Assembly (NCBI GenBank): GCA_963737065.1
Contig: CAVTRC010000001.1
Span: 960,001-1,024,000 of the forward strand
Reading direction: 5' to 3'
Length of the DNA stretch: 64,000 nt
Source of the DNA: Candidatus Eremiobacteria bacterium
GTDB lineage: Bacteria > Vulcanimicrobiota > Vulcanimicrobiia > Vulcanimicrobiales > Vulcanimicrobiaceae
The notes under the pieces were generated by a model that saw only the letters and a program-made list of their open reading frames with translations, did no database searches and was not told where the DNA came from. Numbering within the stretch: position 1 is the stretch's first letter; each line of letters starts with the position of its first letter. Positions 9,086 to 18,414 of this stretch are shown here, piece by piece. Position numbers and translations under genes: made by a program.

Positions 9086-9389
9086 GGACGCCGCCGCCGC
9101 CTTTTTGGAGTCACATGGATACCGCATCCTGGCTCGTAACTATCGTACGCCGAACGGCGAAGCGGATGTGATCGCATTGGACGGCACAGCGCTCGTTATC
9201 GTCGAGGTTAAGCGGCGCGACGGTCGCCGGTATGGGACCGCGCTTTCCGCGGTCGATTATAGAAAGAGGGAAACGTTGCGAGCCGTGGGCGAGGACTTCG
9301 CTCAAATCGCGGCGCCGACGGCGCGAATACGTTTCGATGTTGTCGCGATCGACGGCAATCGGATGGCCCTCCATCGAAACGCCTTCTAG
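9054..9389 (+). CDS. yraN: YraN family (UPF0102) PD-(D/E)xK nuclease
   Basis: GRRGEDAA...GYRILARN...GEAD...VEVK...RFDVV. Confidence 0.93.
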   Translation: MNTQSKGRRGEDAAAAFLESHGYRILARNYRTPNGEADVIALDGTALVIVEVKRRDGRRYGTALSAVDYRKRETLRAVGEDFAQIAAPTARIRFDVVAIDGNRMALHRNAF

Positions 9390-9467
9390 TGACGTCTGCG
9401 CAGACAAGAAGAATTATGGCGGGGAGTTCTGGAACACGTCACTGATTACTATGGACCGAACCGACTA

Positions 9468-10751
9468 GTGGACTCGCTCCAAGGACGGACGCTCGGCGGG
9501 CGCTATGAGATCGTCGAGCTCATCGGGCGGGGCGGTACGGCTGACACGTATCGTGCGCTCGACAAAACACTTCACCGCGACGTCGCGGTCAAAGTGCTCA
9601 TCGAGCGCTCCGACGCGACGAATGCGCGCCTTCTGATGGAAGCGCGCGCGATGGCGCGCTTGAATCACCCACACATCGTTGCGGTGTACGACGCCGGCGA
9701 AGACAACGGTATCTCGCACATCATCATGGAGCTCGTGCGGGGAAAGACGCTCGCGCAGTTGGAAGCCGGCGAACTGGGCTACCGGCAAGCGCTCGGATAT
9801 ATTCACGAAGTCCTCGAAGCGCTCGACTACGCCAATTCACAAGGAATTATTCACCGCGACATCAAGCCGTCGAACGTCATGATCGTCGAAGACGGCAAGC
9901 ATACGAAACTCACCGACTTCGGACTCGCGCGACGCGCGAGTGAAGTGACCCAAACCACGCACACGGGTCACATCGTTGGGACGATCTCATACTTAGCTCC
10001 CGAGCGGTTCCTCAGCAAACCGGCCGATGTTCGCAGCGATCTCTACTCCGTGGGCATCGTGATGTACGAGATATTTACCGGCACGCTGCCGTTCCGCAAT
10101 GACCGCGACGATATCGTTGCGACGATGTATTCGCACGTCCACGATCTGCCGACGCCGCCGCGCGAGATCAATCGAAACATTCCCGAATCGCTCGAACACG
10201 TCATCATGCGCGCAATCGAGAAAGATTCCGGACGGCGATATCAAACGGCGCGCGAGTTCATGGCCGATATCGCGGGATTGCTCGGTCCGGCCGTCCCCGT
10301 ATCGCACGTGGCGCCCGTTCCCGATGCGAGGCCGCTCAAGACGTTCACGCCGTCCGCAAAGACGACGGATCCTACACTGCGCCAAGCGCTGGATAAAGCA
10401 CTCGCCGGCTCGCGCAATCGCACGGACGCGTTGGAGAACGTGCTCAAGGGAATGATCGCCACCCGCCGCCGGGACTACGATGAAGCAAAAGACGCGTACG
10501 TCGCCGCAATGCACGAACTTTCAGCCGGGAAAAATGAATCGGAATACGCGAAGACCGCTCTGAAGTATGCAACGATGATTTTGCAGAAGGCCGCCGACGG
10601 CAAGCGCGAGCGCAATGAGCTTCGCGACGCGGTCAACCGTTTGAACGAAGCGCTTCGCATCTTTCACGACTACGGGCTGCACGAACAGTACGCGCACGCC
10701 GAGTACATGATTAACGCTCTGGAACGCACCGCGATCGGAATAATTTTCTAG
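9468..10751 (+). CDS. Hanks-type Ser/Thr protein kinase with a helical (TPR-like) C-terminal domain and no TM/PASTA
   Basis: GRGG, VAVK, HRDIKPSN, DFGLAR, APE, DLYSVG motifs. Confidence 0.93.
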   Translation: MDSLQGRTLGGRYEIVELIGRGGTADTYRALDKTLHRDVAVKVLIERSDATNARLLMEARAMARLNHPHIVAVYDAGEDNGISHIIMELVRGKTLAQLEAGELGYRQALGYIHEVLEALDYANSQGIIHRDIKPSNVMIVEDGKHTKLTDFGLARRASEVTQTTHTGHIVGTISYLAPERFLSKPADVRSDLYSVGIVMYEIFTGTLPFRNDRDDIVATMYSHVHDLPTPPREINRNIPESLEHVIMRAIEKDSGRRYQTAREFMADIAGLLGPAVPVSHVAPVPDARPLKTFTPSAKTTDPTLRQALDKALAGSRNRTDALENVLKGMIATRRRDYDEAKDAYVAAMHELSAGKNESEYAKTALKYATMILQKAADGKRERNELRDAVNRLNEALRIFHDYGLHEQYAHAEYMINALERTAIGIIF

Positions 10752-10761
10752 TACAGAATTT

Positions 10762-12381
10762 ATGCCGAAGGATCAAAATCCGGAGCTCCGCCGCTCGGTC
10801 ACGCCCTGGGGTTCGTTCTCCTGGGGCTACTCCGACGTCGGCGCGGACATCTTCGTCGGCCTCGGCCTCGTGCTCGGCGCCGCGGCCGGTGCATCGAACG
10901 TCGCATTTCTGTTCGCGGGCATTGTCTACGTTTGTATTGGGCTCGCCTACACGGAACTTGCGGCGACGTATCCGGTCGCGGGCGGCGGCCAGTATTTCGT
11001 CCTACGCGGCCTCGGCGACATCTTCGGGTTTATCGCGGGTTGGGCGGTGTTGCTCGATTTTACGATCGACATCGCGCTCTTTGCCTGGAGCTGCGTCGAT
11101 TACTTGAGCGAACTGCTTCCCATCGTGGGAAGCGGTTCGCATCCGTGGGCACACTTCGCACTGACGATCGGCTTGGTCGCCGGGTTGTGCACGCTGAACT
11201 TTATCGGTGTTCGCGAGTCGACCGCGTTCAACGGCTTCGTCAGCGGTCTCGATATCGTGAGCGAAACGGCGATCCTTACGCTCGGGTTCCTGTTCGCATT
11301 CAGCCCCGACTTGCTCGTGCATACGATGAAAACCAGCTGGCCGACGCCGTTCGAGTTCATGAAAGGCATTTCGCTTGCGATCGTCTCGTTCGTCGGGCTC
11401 GAATCGATTTCGCAGGCGGCCGAAGAAACGCAGCGTCCGGCGTCGATCATTCCGCGCACGTCGACCGCACTGATCCTGACGATTTTGATCTTTGCACTGT
11501 CCTACGCGAATCTCGCGCTCGGCATGCACACGTGGCATCCGATTCCGCCCAACGCAAACGGGCACGCGCAACTACTCTGGCAGTGGCTCGGAAACAGCGA
11601 CAACAACGGCAAGGCGGTCGCACTCATTGCGAAGCAGGTACCGTACTGGGGAGCGGTCGCGGCATTTTACGTGCCGGTGCTCGGCGCGGTGCTGCTGCTG
11701 ATCTCGTCAAACTCCGGCGTGTTCGGCAGTTCGCGCATCGCGTACGCGATGTCCAAAGGCGGCTTGTTGCCATCGATCTTTCAAAGCGTGCATCGCCGCT
11801 TCCGAACGCCGACCGTTTCACTGTTCGTCTTTAGCGGCGTGGCGCTCATCGAAGTGATCTTTGCGGCGCTGCCGTCGCTCAGTCCACGAATGGCGAACTT
11901 CTACGCCAAGCATTTCAACGGCGAAAGCGGCATCGATTTCTTGGGCGATCTCTACGCGTTCGGCGCAGCGACGAGCTATTCGTTCGTTTTTGTCGCGCTC
12001 GTCGCGCTGCGTCTGATGGATCCTCTGAGTCCGCGTAAGTTCAAAATGCCGGGAAATATTCCGTTTAAGTTCCGCGGAGAGCGGGTTGAGTTTCCGCTCA
12101 TTGCGGTCGTGGGCTTCGTCGGTATCGTAGCTATCTTAATCTTCACGATGATCACGCATCCGATCGGACGCATTGCGGGCCCGTTATGGATCGCGCTGGG
12201 CTTGATCCTGTACTTCGTCTATCGCAAGCATAAAGCGTTACCGCTCTTCCATTCGCATAAGCGGGACTGGCGCAGCGAGCAGATGGGCATTCTGCGCCGT
12301 GCCGGCGAGTTGGAGCTGTATGACGAATACACCGCAAATCTGAAAGCAAGCGACGAGCGACGCATGAAAGAAGCCGTGTAG
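10762..12381 (+). CDS. APC-family amino acid/cation permease
   Basis: About 12 TMs; YTELAATYPVAGG, GLESISQAAEE, SRIAYAM, FRTP motifs. Confidence 0.92.
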   Translation: MPKDQNPELRRSVTPWGSFSWGYSDVGADIFVGLGLVLGAAAGASNVAFLFAGIVYVCIGLAYTELAATYPVAGGGQYFVLRGLGDIFGFIAGWAVLLDFTIDIALFAWSCVDYLSELLPIVGSGSHPWAHFALTIGLVAGLCTLNFIGVRESTAFNGFVSGLDIVSETAILTLGFLFAFSPDLLVHTMKTSWPTPFEFMKGISLAIVSFVGLESISQAAEETQRPASIIPRTSTALILTILIFALSYANLALGMHTWHPIPPNANGHAQLLWQWLGNSDNNGKAVALIAKQVPYWGAVAAFYVPVLGAVLLLISSNSGVFGSSRIAYAMSKGGLLPSIFQSVHRRFRTPTVSLFVFSGVALIEVIFAALPSLSPRMANFYAKHFNGESGIDFLGDLYAFGAATSYSFVFVALVALRLMDPLSPRKFKMPGNIPFKFRGERVEFPLIAVVGFVGIVAILIFTMITHPIGRIAGPLWIALGLILYFVYRKHKALPLFHSHKRDWRSEQMGILRRAGELELYDEYTANLKASDERRMKEAV

Positions 12382-12382
12382 G

Positions 12383-12562
12383 ATGCTCGTTCTTCGCGGC
12401 GCGCTCTCGGTGTTCACGATGGTTGTGGGCGCGGTCGTCGTCATTGAGATGCTGCGCTATCCGATCGCGCAATCGTTCACCGGCATCGTGCTCGGCGGCG
12501 CGATGATCCTGCTCGGGACGATCCGTTTGCGTCAGGTCCGCGAGGCCATGCGTCACCGATGA
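12383..12562 (+). CDS. 59-aa two-TM membrane protein (below the ORF-track cutoff)
   Basis: Hand translation MLVLRGALSVFTMVVGAVVV...REAMRHR; fills the gap exactly; ATGA overlap with the USP gene. Confidence 0.75.
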   Translation: MLVLRGALSVFTMVVGAVVVIEMLRYPIAQSFTGIVLGGAMILLGTIRLRQVREAMRHR

Positions 12563-13185
12563 TCTACAGCACCACCGATATCCATGTGACCGTTGCGGGC
12601 GTCGTCATCGCATTCGTCATTCTGATAGCCGTTGGCGCAACGCTTTGGTGGATGCTGCATCCTCCGGCGTCGTTCGTACAACGGCTGGCGAAAGAAGCCG
12701 AGACGGAACTGGAGCGCATGGTCGGCTCGATCGTCGTCGTCTTTTCACCAGACATCCTCTCCGGACATATGATGGCGCTCGCTGCGAAATTAGCGCGAGG
12801 CGAGAAATCGGATCTGCTCGCCGTCTACGTGATCGAGGTTCCGTACACGCTTCCACCAGACGCGGAAATGCCGCTCGAGGAACGCGCCGCGCTTGATGCG
12901 CTCGGGGCAGCCGAAACGATCGCGACGAATACTGACGTTAATCTACGGACGGAGACGCTCAAAGCGCGTTCAACCAAACAGGCGGTACTCGACTTAGCAA
13001 AACGCGAAAAGGCGGATCTCATCATTCTGGGTTCGTTCCGCGAAGGAAAGTATAGCGGTGCGCCGCTCGGCCGAACGATCGAAGAAATTGCCGCCGACGC
13101 CAAATGCGACGTGCTGATCGGTGTCGAGGGTAAGCACGGCACGCTGCTCTACGAAGAGTCGTTAACGCCGGGCGCACAACTCTAA
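12559..13185 (+). CDS. Membrane-anchored universal stress protein (USP)
   Basis: N-terminal TM; LLAVYVIEVP...ADLIILGS...LGRTIEEIAADAKCDVLI. Confidence 0.88.
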   Translation: MIYSTTDIHVTVAGVVIAFVILIAVGATLWWMLHPPASFVQRLAKEAETELERMVGSIVVVFSPDILSGHMMALAAKLARGEKSDLLAVYVIEVPYTLPPDAEMPLEERAALDALGAAETIATNTDVNLRTETLKARSTKQAVLDLAKREKADLIILGSFREGKYSGAPLGRTIEEIAADAKCDVLIGVEGKHGTLLYEESLTPGAQL

Positions 13186-13196
13186 ACGGAGGATTC

Positions 13197-13875
13197 ATGG
13201 AAAGATCACGGACCCCGCTCCTCATTCTCGTAGCGGCGCTCGCTGCCGTACTGCTGCCGCGAGCGTTTGCGGATGCAGCGTCGGGCACCCCGGCGCTTTC
13301 GGCGTTCGATGACGCGTTCGCAAAAACGACGAGCTTCACGTACAAGCTTCATTCACACGAGGTGAACAACAGCGGCGACGTTCAGGATCGAGTCTACGAC
13401 TACTCGTTCATGAAGCCGCACTTTGCAAAAACGCTAATTGAGTCGGGGCCCGGGAAAGGCTCCGGCGCGGTATGGGCCGGTGGCGATCAAGTGAGCGGAC
13501 ATCAAGGCGGATTTCTCTCCGGGATTCACTTGAAGGTCGGTCTCCATGACGCACGCGCGGTGTCGATTCGCGGCTACACGATGCCGGACGGGTTGCCGCA
13601 AAACATCGTTCAGCGATATACGTCCGTCAAGGGCGAGCTCTCGCAGACGTCCGATGCCGGAATGATCGAAGGCGCCCAAACCGATCTGCTGACGCTCAAA
13701 GTCGCGGATGCCTGCAAACAACGACGGCATTTCGTTGCAGAAACTGTATCTCTCGCAACAATCACACTTCCCCGTGCGTCAGGTGCTCTACGCAGGCGAC
13801 AAAGTCGTTCTCGACCAGTCGTTCACCGACTGGAACCTGAACGCGAACCTTTCGGGAAACGACTTCCCGTTCTAG
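13197..13875 (+). pseudogene. Secreted LolA/LppX-like protein with a +1 frameshift at about 13710
   Basis: Signal peptide; removing G13710 continues KVAD-PANNDGISLQKLY...SFTDWNLNANLSGNDFPF*, a typical LolA-like C-terminus. Confidence 0.7.
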
Positions 13876-13886
13876 GTTTATGTCAT

Positions 13887-14375
13887 ATGAGCACAAGCGC
13901 GTGCGATGTAAACAACCGGTTTGTCATCTTGTCACGCAAGATGGCGCAAACCGTACGAATACCGGGGCGCTACGCGGTTATCTCAATCAACGACAATCGC
14001 GAGAGTCCGCAAGACACGCTTGCGGAAATATGCAAGGTCAAACGAGGCTACGTTGACATACTGCAAATTATCTTTGATGACCTGACGCCCGAAAGCCACG
14101 ATCCGGCCACCTTTCCGCATCACGTCGTCATGACCGACGCAATGGCCGACGAGGTCGTGCGGTTCTGGAATCGCTGGCGTCACGATGTCGACCGCTTCAT
14201 GATCCACTGCACGGCCGGAATTTCACGCAGCTCAGGCGTTGGGTCGGCACTCGCGCGACTCGAAGGCGACCGCGAAGCCGAAGCGGCCTGCTATGCCGGC
14301 ACCATGCCGAACATGTACGTCCGCCGCTTGATCGAACGCGCCGCCGCCCGACTGCAGGTTGGTCCGTACGCGTAA
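13887..14375 (+). CDS. Predicted protein-tyrosine/dual-specificity phosphatase (CX5R)
   Basis: IHCTAGISRS P-loop, FDD acid loop, PN motif; own ATG 11 nt after the restored stop of the upstream gene. Confidence 0.82.
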   Translation: MSTSACDVNNRFVILSRKMAQTVRIPGRYAVISINDNRESPQDTLAEICKVKRGYVDILQIIFDDLTPESHDPATFPHHVVMTDAMADEVVRFWNRWRHDVDRFMIHCTAGISRSSGVGSALARLEGDREAEAACYAGTMPNMYVRRLIERAAARLQVGPYA

Positions 14376-14378
14376 CGC

Positions 14379-14753
14379 TCAAACGCGTTCTTCGTAAAAC
14401 TCTTCGATGCGTTCGTAGACCTCCGGCGGGAAATCTAGATCCTTGTAGACGTTCCCTTCGCCCGGATCATCGTGCGGAAGGATCGGAAACTCTTGTTTCG
14501 ATTGAAACTCCGCGATCTTCCGGCGTGACGGCGGATTGTAGTCGTGTGCCTTCACTTGTAACACGAGGGCTCGCGCCTTCTTCTCATCGCAATCGGCACC
14601 TTTGCACAGGATGTCGACCAGCTCGTCATCATCGGCAAAATAGCGGGCCACCATGACGAAGATCAAGCGGCCGTAATGTCCGATGTCCTTGCCTTCTTCG
14701 AGCGACTCGATCAACCAGCGCATCATGGGATTTTTACGCACGTTCTCGTCCAT
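14379..14753 (-). CDS. Hypothetical protein resembling the primase large-subunit C-terminal (PriX-like) domain
   Basis: GKDIGHYGRL...YNPPSRRKI pattern; TATAAA 6 nt before the ATG. Confidence 0.65.
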   Translation of the reverse strand: MDENVRKNPMMRWLIESLEEGKDIGHYGRLIFVMVARYFADDDELVDILCKGADCDEKKARALVLQVKAHDYNPPSRRKIAEFQSKQEFPILPHDDPGEGNVYKDLDFPPEVYERIEEFYEERV

Positions 14754-14821
14754 ACGCGCTTTATACCCGAACACACGTTCGCCTAACATAACGTGCGGAC
14801 AAGATTGCGGCGGCGGGCGCC

Positions 14822-15835
14822 CTAGATTTTGCCGTGCGCGCCGCAGCTCGATTCGTCGCCGCCAAAGATTACCGCTCGCCCACATGCCGAGCGGAACATG
14901 CGGCGGTTGTCGTGCGGCACGCCCGGGACGAACGCAAAGTCTTGCGCCGTCCCCGACGGGTGACGCGTGCGCATGTAGGCGATGTAGTTTTTGCCGCGCG
15001 CAAAGCGATACGGCCCTTGCGCTTCGCCGCCGCAGCTGCGATCGAGGTCGTCCTCATTGGGATTTGTGTCTGCGGTACCGAGCAAATAGGTTACGTGACG
15101 TTGCACGTAGCGCGCTTCGAGTTGCGCATCGGTTCCCTCCACATACGACGGCGCTCCCGCAATCCCGTACCGCCACTGATTGAAGTCGGGACAATCGCTG
15201 ACGCGTACCGGCCGGTCGTCACTGAAATAGAAATACGATGATGGATTCGCAACTACGAGGTGCACCGGAACCGGACGGCCGGAATCCATCTGCGCCGCAT
15301 GGCCGACTGCAGCATACCGCTGAATGATTTGGCCGCCGGCAGAATGTCCCGCAATGACGATCTCTCTAAGCTTCGGAAACCGCGTGCGATCCGAAAGCCG
15401 CGCAATCATCGCATCGAACACCGCGTAGCTGCTGATCGGCGCGGGCGCGAGCGCCGCCGAGCCGCCCGGCCATTTGCCGCTCCATCGCAGCGTATCAGCG
15501 GGCAGCCCGTGTCCTCGTATGTCTTGCGCCTCGACGAATTGCGGCGAAATAACGAGCACGTCGGAACGTCCCTCGTCGTGGACGGCTTCCATGCCGGTGT
15601 CGTAATAATAGTCCGCGTCGCGCAGCACACCGTGCACGATGATCAACGCCATCGTCGCATCGCGATTCCCGTCGAGCGTACCATTGGCAAAGTAGAGCGC
15701 GCGGCCCGCGCCTTGCGGTGTTGAAACGACGAATTGCAGCGGCGCAAGCCGGTTGAAATGATCGGGCTGCGGCGTATCGGTCGGCATCGGTGCCGTGATC
15801 GCAGCAGCAAGAACGAGCGCAAGAAACTTCAGCAT
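14822..15835 (-). CDS. Secreted alpha/beta hydrolase
   Basis: Signal peptide; HG oxyanion motif, GHSAGGQ nucleophile elbow, late Asp and His. Confidence 0.85.
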   Translation of the reverse strand: MLKFLALVLAAAITAPMPTDTPQPDHFNRLAPLQFVVSTPQGAGRALYFANGTLDGNRDATMALIIVHGVLRDADYYYDTGMEAVHDEGRSDVLVISPQFVEAQDIRGHGLPADTLRWSGKWPGGSAALAPAPISSYAVFDAMIARLSDRTRFPKLREIVIAGHSAGGQIIQRYAAVGHAAQMDSGRPVPVHLVVANPSSYFYFSDDRPVRVSDCPDFNQWRYGIAGAPSYVEGTDAQLEARYVQRHVTYLLGTADTNPNEDDLDRSCGGEAQGPYRFARGKNYIAYMRTRHPSGTAQDFAFVPGVPHDNRRMFRSACGRAVIFGGDESSCGAHGKI

Positions 15836-15887
15836 GCACTTTCACGATAGCCGTTCGCGGTGAGCGAGGCTAGGGGGCGGAAATCCG

Positions 15888-16913
15888 CTACGTCTTCGCG
15901 AGATAGCGTTTGCGAAGTTCGTCGAGGACGACGGCGAGCAGAATCACGATGCCGAGCACGACTTTTTGCATATACGAATCAACGTGAATCAAGTTCATCG
16001 CATTGTACAGCAGCCCGATGAGCAGCGCGCCGAAGAACGTGCCGACGATCGAACCCTGGCCGCCCATCAAACTCGTACCGCCGACAACGACGGCCGCAAT
16101 TGCCTCGAGGAGCTCATCGCCCGTACCGGTTTGCGGAGAGCCCGACGAGAACAGCGCCATGTACAAGAAGCCGACGATCGCCGCGCACATTCCGCTGATG
16201 ACGTACACCATCGTCTTCACGCGCGAGGTATTGACGCCGGCAAGCCGTGCGGCTTCCTCATTGCCGCCGATCGCAAAGACGTAGCGGCCGAAGCGCGTGC
16301 GCATCAACAAGACCGACGCAAGCACGATTACGACGATCATCCAGATCACCGGCGTCGGAATGGCGGGCAAATGCAACACCTTCGTCACGCCTCCGAGGAA
16401 CGATCCGTACCCGACCCCACCGAACGCATCGGAGCGCAACGCCACCGGTCGCCCACCCGAGACGATATACGAAAGCCCGAGCGTGACTTCGAGCATCGCG
16501 AACGTCGTGATGAACGGCGGCAGATTGAGCTTCACCACCGGCAACGCGTTGATCCATCCGGCGGCGCCGCCAACGATCAGCCCCGCGATAAGGGTAACGA
16601 CCAACAAACCGACGCCGCCGAACGGCAACGCATTCGCGACCGTCGCCATGACGACGCCCGTTAGCGACACGAGCGAACCGATCGAGAGATCGATACCGGC
16701 CGTTATAATGACGAACGTCTGGCCGACGCCGAGGATGCAGTTATACGTGATCTGGCGGAGGACTTGAACGATGTTGCCGGGCTGCAGGAATGCACCGTGC
16801 GCGGCAACGTTGACACCCGCCATCAGAACAATCACGACGAGGATTGCAACGCCGATTCGCAGCCAGTAATTCTGCAGAAGCGAGGTCGAGCCGGTCTTGA
16901 CCGTGCCGTTCAT
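15888..16913 (-). CDS. Monosaccharide (ribose-type) ABC transporter permease
   Basis: GIDLSIGS, PPFITT, FGRYVFAIGGNEEAARLAG, IAAVVVGGTSLMGG. Confidence 0.95.
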   Translation of the reverse strand: MNGTVKTGSTSLLQNYWLRIGVAILVVIVLMAGVNVAAHGAFLQPGNIVQVLRQITYNCILGVGQTFVIITAGIDLSIGSLVSLTGVVMATVANALPFGGVGLLVVTLIAGLIVGGAAGWINALPVVKLNLPPFITTFAMLEVTLGLSYIVSGGRPVALRSDAFGGVGYGSFLGGVTKVLHLPAIPTPVIWMIVVIVLASVLLMRTRFGRYVFAIGGNEEAARLAGVNTSRVKTMVYVISGMCAAIVGFLYMALFSSGSPQTGTGDELLEAIAAVVVGGTSLMGGQGSIVGTFFGALLIGLLYNAMNLIHVDSYMQKVVLGIVILLAVVLDELRKRYLAKT

Positions 16914-18391
16914 GCCGCAGCCGTACCCGTCGCTGCGGCGATCACCGCATCGGGCGTCGCCTCGCTTCGCGAAAATTCGCGCACGATACGTCCGTCGCGA
17001 ACGGCGAGCACGCGGTGCGACATGCCGAGCACTTCAGGCAGCTCGCTCGATACCATGACGATCGCAGCCCCGTTCTTGATCAAATTCAGCATCAAGCCGT
17101 AGATCTCGGTCTTCGCGCCGACGTCGATGCCGCGCGTCGGCTCATCGAACAGAAAGACGCGCGCCTTTCCCAGAAGCCACTTCGCCAGCACCACTTTCTG
17201 CTGATTACCGCCGGAAAGATTGCGCACGCGCTGCTCCAGGCTCGGCGTGCGGACACGAAGTTCTTGCGCCATCGTTTCCGCCGCCGATTCCTCGCGTTTT
17301 TCGTCAATGAGCATCTCACGATTGACGAACTGCGAGAGATGCGCGAGCGTGATGTTTTCCGCTACGCTCATCCCGAGAACGAGCCCTTGACTCTTGCGGT
17401 CTTCGGTGATGAACGCGATACCGGCTACGATGCCGTCGTGCGGACTGCGAATGCGAATCAGCTCGCCGCCGACGTGAATCGTTCCCGAGTCAGGGACGTC
17501 GGCGCCCGCAATCGCGCGCACGATTTCCGTTCGTCCCGCTCCGACGAGCCCCGCAAGACCGACGATCTCGCCCGCGCGTACCGAGAATGAGACGTCGTTG
17601 ACCATCGGGCGGCGAATCAAGTGCTGCACGTCGAGCATCGCGGGCGCGTGCGTCGGCACGGCCGGAAGATCGGGAAAATGCGCGTCGAGCGGACGGCCGA
17701 CCATCGCGCGTATGATTTCATTGGGTGGGAATTCGCTCGTCGGACGCGTCTCGATCGCGCTGCCGTCTCGAAGGACGGTAACGCGGTCGGCAATCTTCGG
17801 CAGTTCTTCCATCCGGTGCGAGATGTAAATAATGCCGGCACCGTTTGCTTTCAAGCGGGCGATCAGCGCGAAGAGCGCGTCGATTTCGCGATCGGTAAGC
17901 GCGGCGGTCGGTTCGTCCATGACGATTATGCGCGCGTGCTTCGAGAGCGCCTTCGCGATCTCGATCAGTTGCTGCGCGCCGACCGAGAGGCGCGACGCGG
18001 GCTCGTCGAGGGGCAAATCCATGCCGAGTTCTTCGACGATTGTGCGCGCGCGTGTGCGAGCCGCCGCCGCGTCGAGAAACAATCCGCGCGTGGGCTCCGC
18101 ACCGAGCACGATGTTTTCCATTGCCGTTAGCTGCGGAACGAGACTGAACTCCTGATAGATCATGCCAATGCCGAGTGCTTCGGCATCGTGCGGCGACGCG
18201 ATGTGCACCGGCTTGCCGTCGATTGCGATCGTCCCCGTGTCGGCGAGTTGCGCGCCGGCGAGGATCTTCATCAGCGTCGACTTACCCGCTCCGTTTTCGC
18301 CGACGAGCGCGAGAACTTCGCCGGAGTTCAGCGTGAGCGAAACATCGCTCAGCGCGCGAACGCCGGGAAACGATTTCCCGATGCCGCGCAT
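16910..18391 (-). CDS. Monosaccharide ABC transporter ATP-binding protein (RbsA-like, two NBDs); true start may be ATC at 18415
   Basis: GENGAGKST, MDEPTA, LSGGNQQK, DEPTRGIDVG. Confidence 0.95.
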   Translation of the reverse strand: MRGIGKSFPGVRALSDVSLTLNSGEVLALVGENGAGKSTLMKILAGAQLADTGTIAIDGKPVHIASPHDAEALGIGMIYQEFSLVPQLTAMENIVLGAEPTRGLFLDAAAARTRARTIVEELGMDLPLDEPASRLSVGAQQLIEIAKALSKHARIIVMDEPTAALTDREIDALFALIARLKANGAGIIYISHRMEELPKIADRVTVLRDGSAIETRPTSEFPPNEIIRAMVGRPLDAHFPDLPAVPTHAPAMLDVQHLIRRPMVNDVSFSVRAGEIVGLAGLVGAGRTEIVRAIAGADVPDSGTIHVGGELIRIRSPHDGIVAGIAFITEDRKSQGLVLGMSVAENITLAHLSQFVNREMLIDEKREESAAETMAQELRVRTPSLEQRVRNLSGGNQQKVVLAKWLLGKARVFLFDEPTRGIDVGAKTEIYGLMLNLIKNGAAIVMVSSELPEVLGMSHRVLAVRDGRIVREFSRSEATPDAVIAAATGTAAA

Positions 18392-18414
18392 CTCGAGAAG
18401 CGGAGCGGTGACGA

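Noticed and set aside
13197..14375. 392-aa secreted protein-phosphatase fusion from the ORF track
   Set aside because: Explained by a single-base frameshift joining two separate genes; the linker is not protein-like
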